Assembly: GCA_964454015.1 (NCBI GenBank)
Contig: CAYVQF010000001.1
Span: forward strand, 192,053 to 256,052
Reading direction: 5' to 3'
Length of the DNA: 64,000 nucleotides
DNA from: an uncultured Myxococcales bacterium
GTDB lineage: Bacteria > Myxococcota_A > Bradymonadia > UBA4248
The position numbers and the translations under genes are program-made. The notes under the pieces were generated by a model, which searched no databases, was not told the origin of the DNA, and was given only the letters and a program-made list of their open reading frames with translations. Below, piece after piece: positions 57,809 through 64,000 of this stretch. Positions within the stretch are counted from its first letter, which is position 1. Each line of letters starts with the position of its first letter.

Positions 57809-59242
57809 ATGCCGGATGAGTCAAGAACGCAGCCGTTGGTGCTGGTGGTTGACGACGATCCATCGATACTGCAGTTGGTGGCGTTTTGGCTGGAGGGGGT
57901 TGGCTATTCGGTTCGTCCTTTTGCATCGGGTGAGGCCTGCTTGGCTGCGCTGGGGACGCTGATGCCCGATGTGGTGTGTTTGGATATCTCTTTGCCTGGC
58001 ATGAGTGGCCTGGATGCGCTGGCTCGGATCCGCGCCAATCATCGCCTGCTGCCGGTGGTCATGATGACGGGAGACACGTCAGTGAACACGGTGGTCGCGG
58101 CGATGAACCTGGGCGCCTACGACTATCTGGCGAAACCGATTCAACAGGCCAAGTTGATCACGACCCTGCGCAACGCGGTGGAACACGCGCGTTTGCAGGT
58201 GCGCTTGACCCATCTGGAGCGGGAGGCCGAGGGCCGTGGCTATCCCAATATCATTGGCAAGTCAGAGGCGATGAAGCGGCTCTTTCGGCAGATGGACCGG
58301 GTGGCAGCGAGCGATATCACCGTCCTGATTCACGGTGAGAGCGGCAGTGGCAAGGAGCTGGTGGCCCAGGCGATCCACGAGACGAGTGGGCGTGCGAAGG
58401 GGCCTTTCGTGGCACTGAATTGTGCGGCGATTCCCGAGACGCTGCAGGAGTCGGAGCTTTTTGGTTATGAGAGAGGGGCGTTTACAGGTGCGGCGGCGCG
58501 GCGCATGGGTCGCTTCGAGCAGGCCCATGGCGGGACCTTCTTCCTCGATGAGGTGGCCGAGTTGAGCCCGGCATTGCAGGCCAAGCTTCTGCGCGTCATC
58601 CAGGAGCGCTCGTTCACCCGGATTGGCGGAAATGAGGAGATACATTCGGACTTTCGTCTTCTTACGGCCAGTCACAAGCGCCTGCACGAGCAAGTCGAGC
58701 GCGGTCTGTTTCGGGAGGATTTTTATTTTCGCGTTGCGGTCTTCGAGTTGGATGTGCCGCCCTTGCGCGCGCGTGGCGATGACGTGGTGCTCTTGGCCCA
58801 TCATTTCATGCACACCTTCGCCCGCGAATTGAAGAGCAATCCGAGTTTGGCGCCAGAGAGCCTGAGCCTTTTCCGGGCTTACGAGTGGCCGGGAAACGTG
58901 CGGGAATTGCAGAACGCGATTCATCGCGCGATGGTGGTGTGTGACGATATCATCAAGCCACAGGATCTGCCCTCCAGGGTGCGGGCGAGTGAATACCAGG
59001 TGGGACAGGCGACGGTGGAGTCGGAGGCGGTGGTGGCGCCTCAAGGGCACTCGAATGCGGCGAGGACGGGCGAAAGCATCGCCACGCACCACCCCAGCGG
59101 AGAGCCCCTGAGTCTAGAGGAGATTGAGGTCGAGGCGATACGTTTGGCCATGGCACGCAATGGCGATGCTGTGGGTAAGGTGGTGAAGGAGTTGGGGATT
59201 GGGCGGACGACGCTATACCGCAAGCTGAAGCGCTTGGGATGA
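57809..59242 (+). CDS. sigma-54-dependent response regulator (NtrC family)
   Basis: Receiver domain (LVVDDDPS...DVVCLDISLPGMSG). AAA+ domain with GESGSGKE, intact GAFTGA and FLDEV. C-terminal Fis-type HTH (LGIGRTTLYRKLKRLG). Confidence 0.95.
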   Translation: MPDESRTQPLVLVVDDDPSILQLVAFWLEGVGYSVRPFASGEACLAALGTLMPDVVCLDISLPGMSGLDALARIRANHRLLPVVMMTGDTSVNTVVAAMNLGAYDYLAKPIQQAKLITTLRNAVEHARLQVRLTHLEREAEGRGYPNIIGKSEAMKRLFRQMDRVAASDITVLIHGESGSGKELVAQAIHETSGRAKGPFVALNCAAIPETLQESELFGYERGAFTGAAARRMGRFEQAHGGTFFLDEVAELSPALQAKLLRVIQERSFTRIGGNEEIHSDFRLLTASHKRLHEQVERGLFREDFYFRVAVFELDVPPLRARGDDVVLLAHHFMHTFARELKSNPSLAPESLSLFRAYEWPGNVRELQNAIHRAMVVCDDIIKPQDLPSRVRASEYQVGQATVESEAVVAPQGHSNAARTGESIATHHPSGEPLSLEEIEVEAIRLAMARNGDAVGKVVKELGIGRTTLYRKLKRLG

Positions 59243-59625
59243 ATGGGGTGTCGGTGATGGTGATGCAGAGCGATGAGGACGCCCGGACGGGTGCCGGTGT
59301 GGATGCGGGGGGCCGCATTCGGGTGGTCGTTGACGATATGCTTCTGGGACTGATCCCGGATTTCTTGGAGATGCGGCGGCAAGACGTGATGCGTTTGCGT
59401 GCTCTGCTGGTGAGTGAGGCTTTCTGCGAGATCGAGCGTTTGGGCCACAACATGAAGGGCAATGGTGCATCCTATGGTTTTGCGCCGATCACGGACATCG
59501 GGCAGCGCTTGGAGGCTGCAGCGCGGTTGCAGCATCGCGTCGAGATCGTGGCTTTGACAGAGGCCTTGGCTTCTTACCTCGCCCGAATCGAGGTGGTGGG
59601 CGAGAGCGGCATCGCGCTGGGCTAG
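59239..59625 (+). CDS. Hpt (histidine phosphotransfer) domain protein
   Basis: HNMKGNGASYGF matches the HxxKG Hpt phospho-His motif. ATGA overlap with the upstream regulator stop. Confidence 0.8.
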   Translation: MNGVSVMVMQSDEDARTGAGVDAGGRIRVVVDDMLLGLIPDFLEMRRQDVMRLRALLVSEAFCEIERLGHNMKGNGASYGFAPITDIGQRLEAAARLQHRVEIVALTEALASYLARIEVVGESGIALG

Positions 59626-59632
59626 GGCGCGT

Positions 59633-62326
59633 TCAGGGTGTTGACTCTGGAGGGAGGCCGGGCGGGAGGTCGAGGGTCAAGCGAAAGCCGATGGCGGCTG
59701 AGCGGCCGACGGAGAGGTTCCACATCCGACTGGCGAGTCGGGCGGCGTCGGCGAACTTGTTCCACGCGCCGCCGCAGGTGCGGCAGGTCTCGGGGATATC
59801 CTCTCCGCGCCAGCTCTCATCACGGCACCACTCTTGGACAGAGCCGGCCAGGTCACAGACGCCGTAGACGCTCATGTCGGTCTGGAAGGTGCCCACGGGC
59901 TCGGGTTGGGCCAAGAAGGGACGGGAGAGACGCATTTTGCAGAAGGTGGCGTCGAAGTGGTTGCCCCAGGGGAAGTAGCGGCCGTCGACCCCGCGGGCAG
60001 CTTTTTCCCATTCATGGGCGGTTGGCAGGCGGTAGGGTCGCTGGTCCATTGCAGAGCGCCAGGCGATGTAGGCCAAGCAGTCCTCGACGTCCACGCTCAT
60101 GACGGGGAGGTTGAGCTCGTGTCCTTGGTGGTGCGGGTAGAGTCGCCTGGCTTCCCCCTCGATGAGGATGTCTTTGGGGAACCATCGCTCGCCTCTCAGC
60201 TCGACGAGCATGCCATCGGCTTCACGGGCCTGTGGGGCGCGCCGCCGCGCCAGTGGTGGGTCGAAGCTTTGGAGGTGGTCGAGGAAGCGCAGGTATTCGC
60301 CGAAGGTGACGGGGAACTTGGCGATGAGAAAGGAAGGGATATGGAGGCGTTCTTGGGGGATGGGGTCGGTGGCGTCGGGATCGCCGCCGATGATGCAGGG
60401 TCCGCCGGGGATGTAGATGAAGCCCGGGGGGGTGGTGCCGAGGGGGCAGAGGCGGACCTGTCCATGCCAACCCCGATGGCGGGCGATGTGCATGGGGTAG
60501 CGGATGCTTTCATAGCCATCGGCTTCGATCGTGGCGAGGTAGGGCCCGATTTCCAAGCCTTCGAGGTGGAGGGGCGCGGGGCCAAGGGGTTGATGGCCCC
60601 AGGTCTGCCAGCGACGCTGGCTCTCTTTGATGCGGGCCAGGCTGATGTTGACGTTGGCGGGGGTGGTGGCCAGGGTGATGGTGCCGCGCCCATCCAAGGC
60701 GGCCTCATAGCGTTTGTGGATGTCGACTTGGCGCAGGAGCGAGGCGAAGTGGATGGTGTCGATGGGGTCGCCGCGACGCTCGGCTTGCTCGAAACGAGAC
60801 CAATAGAGGGTGGCCAAGCCCTCGCGCGCCTCGTCGCAGTTGGGATCGAGGACGAGGCTCTGGGTGAAGGCATAGACGGCATCGCTGAAGGCTTGGGCCA
60901 TGGTGGAGCGTTCGCGCTCGCGGGCATCTTCGGCGCGCCACAGCGGGCTTTTATTTTCGGGGCTTTGCCAGGGAGGGATCTCCTTAGTGAGGCGGCGCAC
61001 CTCCTGCTGGGTGATATTGAGGGCTTCGATGGCATGGAAGTAATCCCGCTGGGCCATCTGGGCGATGTGCAGCTTGCGAGCGGCTTCCCGTTGTTGGTGA
61101 CCGCTGAGGAAGGCTTGGATGTCGTCGTGGAGGGCGAGGGCTGTGGGGTAGCGGTCCTGGCGATTGGGGGCCATGGCGCGGCTGCAGATGGCCTCCACGG
61201 CGTCAGGGATATGGCGGCCTGGGCAGCGTTCCCGAGGTGATTGGAAGCGGGCGAGCGCCGCTTGTTGAAGGATGTCCGTCACATCTTCGCCTTCGTAGGG
61301 AGGGCACAGGGCGAGGATTTCATAGAGGATGGCGCCAAGGCTGAAGATGTCGGCGCGCTCGTCGACCAGGTGGAGGTCGCCGAGGGCTTGTTCCGGAGGC
61401 ATATAGGCTGGCGTACCGAGGGTGCCTGGCTGTTCGCCAGCGAAGGTCTCCGGGGCTTCGTCGAGGTTGCGCGCTAGCCCCCAGTCGGTCACCAAGACCT
61501 CGCCGAAGTCTCCGAGGATGATGTTGTCGGGCTTGAGATCGCGATGCACGCGCCGCTGGGCGTGCGCGTAGCCGACGGCCTGGCAGATGGGCAGCATGAT
61601 GCCCAGGAGGCGCTCCAAAGGAAAAGCGCGCCGGGTGTCGTCGTTTTGCCTGGCGAGTTGCTGGAGCACCTGGCGCAGGGTGTGCTGCCGCAACATCTTC
61701 ATGGTGTAGAAGGGTTGCCCCGTAGCGAGGAAGCCTGCGTCGTAGATGGGAATGATGTTGGGGTGTTCGAGGGCCCCAGTGGCCCGGGCCTCGCGCACGA
61801 AACGCATGGCGCGGTTGTCGTCGTAGCCCTCACGGAGCACCTTCATGGCGACGACTCGACGCATGGCGCGGTCGTAGGCACTGAACACCCGCGCCGATCC
61901 CCCATGTCCGACCTCGGCTTGGATGACATAGCGCGAGGGGGCATCGCGGACCATCTGGCGGATGGCACCGAGCTCGTCCATGTCTCGTCCGTGGTGCGGA
62001 CTAGAGGCCTGGGGCAAGAGGGTGATGTCACTGCTGTGCAGGTGACCGTGCTCAGGGGCCGTTTGCGGACGAGGGTTCTCGCCCGAGTCCAGCGTCTCAG
62101 GCCCGTCGCTGTGGAGGTTGGCCGGGATTTCGGCGAGCAACGTGTCGAGCTCATCGCCGCTCAGCAGGCCTGAGTGTTGCCAGAGGTCGTTGACGCTGGC
62201 TTTGGCATGGCTGAGGCTTTCCAGCAGGCGGCACAGCGTATCAAAGGAGATCCACCCTCGCTCAAGTGCGCGCCGACCCAGCTCGAGATGGAGCAAGCGA
62301 TCATGACTAGTGCTGGCCTGGCGCAT
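59633..62326 (-). CDS. Ser/Thr protein kinase fused to a C-terminal FGE-sulfatase (SUMF1/EgtB/PvdO-like) domain
   Basis: Kinase motifs (GHGGSARVF, VAMK, HRDLKPDNI, DWG in place of DFG, TPAYMPPE). C-terminal FGE-like motifs (FLIAKFPVTFGEY, YRLPTAHEWEKAARG, GVCDLAGSVQEW, GGAW). No TM segment seen. Confidence 0.9.
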   Translation of the reverse strand: MRQASTSHDRLLHLELGRRALERGWISFDTLCRLLESLSHAKASVNDLWQHSGLLSGDELDTLLAEIPANLHSDGPETLDSGENPRPQTAPEHGHLHSSDITLLPQASSPHHGRDMDELGAIRQMVRDAPSRYVIQAEVGHGGSARVFSAYDRAMRRVVAMKVLREGYDDNRAMRFVREARATGALEHPNIIPIYDAGFLATGQPFYTMKMLRQHTLRQVLQQLARQNDDTRRAFPLERLLGIMLPICQAVGYAHAQRRVHRDLKPDNIILGDFGEVLVTDWGLARNLDEAPETFAGEQPGTLGTPAYMPPEQALGDLHLVDERADIFSLGAILYEILALCPPYEGEDVTDILQQAALARFQSPRERCPGRHIPDAVEAICSRAMAPNRQDRYPTALALHDDIQAFLSGHQQREAARKLHIAQMAQRDYFHAIEALNITQQEVRRLTKEIPPWQSPENKSPLWRAEDARERERSTMAQAFSDAVYAFTQSLVLDPNCDEAREGLATLYWSRFEQAERRGDPIDTIHFASLLRQVDIHKRYEAALDGRGTITLATTPANVNISLARIKESQRRWQTWGHQPLGPAPLHLEGLEIGPYLATIEADGYESIRYPMHIARHRGWHGQVRLCPLGTTPPGFIYIPGGPCIIGGDPDATDPIPQERLHIPSFLIAKFPVTFGEYLRFLDHLQSFDPPLARRRAPQAREADGMLVELRGERWFPKDILIEGEARRLYPHHQGHELNLPVMSVDVEDCLAYIAWRSAMDQRPYRLPTAHEWEKAARGVDGRYFPWGNHFDATFCKMRLSRPFLAQPEPVGTFQTDMSVYGVCDLAGSVQEWCRDESWRGEDIPETCRTCGGAWNKFADAARLASRMWNLSVGRSAAIGFRLTLDLPPGLPPESTP

Positions 62327-62537
62327 GCGATGCTTTCCTGTGGCGGCCCCGTGCCCACGCTATCTAGAGCACGCTTGACTGGGGCGCGTCAACCGGGATG
62401 GGACATCGAAGCGTTGGCCCTTGCAGCGCCCAGAAGGCGAGCATATAGTGCCCGCCACGATTGAGCAGAACCGAGGCCCGTAGCGGGGTGCGCTCGGTGC
62501 GCCATTGCCCGTTGACTGCTGTCGCAAGGAGCTTTTT

Positions 62538-64000
62538 ATGCTGCGCAATGTTGGCACCTTTGGGGTTGTAATCGCGGTTTTCGCTTTCGGCCTGGGGGCT
62601 ATGGAGTCGGCCTCGGGGCAAGAGGGTGGCGGCCCCAAGGCGATCTCCCTCACGGTGTACTCGGCACCATCAGGTGGTGGTGGCGCTTACGGCTATGGCT
62701 ACGACCCCTACTACTATGGCTACGATGCGTATTATGGCGGCAGCCCTTTTGGCATGGCCACGGGCTATGCGATCGTCAGGGAGACGCGACGGATCGATCT
62801 GGCCGCTGGCGAGAACGAGATCCGCTTCAGTGATGTTCCCCAGCAAATCGATGCCACGACGGTGTCCTTCAAGTCTCTGCTCGACCCCAAGGGGACCTAT
62901 GTCTTGGAGCAGAACTTCGAGTATGACTTGATCAGCGCCGACAAGGTCTTGGATCGCTACATCGGCAAGGATGTGGCGTTGCACCAGAAGGGTGACACCT
63001 CGCTGACGGGGCAGTTGTTGAGCTTCGATGGCGCTAGCTTCGTGCTGCAGACCCCATCGGCGACGGCGCCGATTCAGATCGTGTCCCGGGGAGAGTTGGT
63101 CGAGCGCATCAGCTTTGCCGAGCTGCCGGGAGGGCTGATCACCAAGCCGACCTTGATGTGGCGCCTCAACGCGAAGAAGGCCGGGACCCATGACGTCGAG
63201 GTGACTTACCAGACCAATGGGATGAGTTGGTCAGCCGACTACAACTTGGTGTTGAACGCCAATGATACGGCGGCGAACCTCTCGGCGTGGGTGACGCTCA
63301 TCAACCAATCGGGTGCCGAGTACCGCGACGCCAACTTGAAGCTGGTCGCTGGCGACGTGCAGCGGGTGACGCCCGTGTTGGGTGGCGCCGGCTATGGTGC
63401 TTTCGACACGCGCATGGCGGGAGACGCGGATGGGCGCTTCTCGGAGAAGGATTTCTTCGAGTACCACCTCTACACTTTGGGCCGCCCGACTTCAGTGGCC
63501 AACAACGCCACGAAGCAGATCGAGCTGTTCACCCCGGCCATGGGGATCGCCGTGAACAAGTCCTACCAATTCCGCGGCAACAGCATGAACTTCTATGATT
63601 ACGGCTATGCCTATACGGATCCCTACTATGGCACGCCCAACAAGAAGGTGGACGTCTTCATCGGGCTGGAGAACAGTAGCCGGGCTGGCTTGGGCTTGCC
63701 GCTGCCTGCGGGGCGGGTGCGGGTCTACAAGACGGATGAAGCCGATGGTGGCGTCGAGTTCGTAGGGGAAGATCGCATCGATCACACGGCACGCAACGAA
63801 TCTTTGCGCGTGAAGGTCGGCTCGGCCTTCGACATCGTGGGCGAGTGGAAGGTGTCGGACTTCAAGGTGGACTACAACGCCAAGTGGATGGAGGAGAGCT
63901 TCGAGGTGGTCCTGCGCAACCACAAGAAAGAAGACATCGTGGTGCAGGTGCGTGAGCCGCTCTATCGCTGGCTGAATTGGACCATTACGGCTTCGTCGCA
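62538..64000 (+). CDS. DUF4139 (mucoidy-inhibitor MuiA-like) domain protein, 3' end beyond window
   Basis: Translated by hand from ATG 62538, and the frame stays open to the window edge. Signal-like MLRNVGTFGVVIAVFAFGLGA, a Gly/Tyr-rich stretch, then DUF4139-like sequence (VTYQTNGMSWSADYNLVL...LKLVAGDV...FEYHLYTL). It is absent from the ORF track because no stop lies inside the window. Confidence 0.85.
   Translation, partial: MLRNVGTFGVVIAVFAFGLGAMESASGQEGGGPKAISLTVYSAPSGGGGAYGYGYDPYYYGYDAYYGGSPFGMATGYAIVRETRRIDLAAGENEIRFSDVPQQIDATTVSFKSLLDPKGTYVLEQNFEYDLISADKVLDRYIGKDVALHQKGDTSLTGQLLSFDGASFVLQTPSATAPIQIVSRGELVERISFAELPGGLITKPTLMWRLNAKKAGTHDVEVTYQTNGMSWSADYNLVLNANDTAANLSAWVTLINQSGAEYRDANLKLVAGDVQRVTPVLGGAGYGAFDTRMAGDADGRFSEKDFFEYHLYTLGRPTSVANNATKQIELFTPAMGIAVNKSYQFRGNSMNFYDYGYAYTDPYYGTPNKKVDVFIGLENSSRAGLGLPLPAGRVRVYKTDEADGGVEFVGEDRIDHTARNESLRVKVGSAFDIVGEWKVSDFKVDYNAKWMEESFEVVLRNHKKEDIVVQVREPLYRWLNWTITASS

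Overview
High-GC bacterial chromosome segment with a Myxococcota-like gene repertoire: several eukaryotic-like Ser/Thr kinases, sigma-54 enhancer-binding proteins, an FHA domain, a MYXO-CTERM-like sorting tail and many lipoproteins. I could not identify the organism. About 52 protein-coding genes are supported. I found no rRNA, tRNA, CRISPR array, transposase or integrase. Housekeeping blocks: a ferredoxin-fused NuoB/HycG-type subunit at the left edge; a GlpA-like / FAD oxidoreductase / DUF1667 trio; an MscS-family channel; the PrkA-YeaH-SpoVR stress triad; thyA-folA; a DtxR/FeoA regulator; thioredoxin; a partial complex I operon ordered nuoE-F-J-K-L-M-N; and proA-rsfS-rlmH-comF. Two regions are poorly characterised. 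Region 19.3-32.4 kb holds a radical SAM/SPASM enzyme with a fused hydrophobic segment and acidic Tyr-Gly repeat tail, a small Cys-rich ORF, a beta-propeller lipoprotein, a 1518-aa orphan lipoprotein divergent from a patatin phospholipase, and a WYL regulator. Region 47-62 kb is signalling-rich: a kinase, then an FHA-AAA+ protein lacking GAFTGA and HTH, then a zinc-ribbon protein; an ECF transporter with an embedded SAM methyltransferase; a zinc-ribbon pseudokinase; a CAP-domain Cys-repeat surface protein; an NtrC-type regulator plus Hpt; and a kinase-FGE fusion. Other notable points: nuoF is split by a 1-nt frameshift at a G7 homopolymer; NuoJ carries an insertion of about 300 aa, and NuoL, NuoM and NuoN are also expanded; a catalytically degenerate PHP protein with an Arg/Gly-rich tail sits upstream of nuoE. 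All functional calls rest on motif and family recognition by eye, since no database search was possible.
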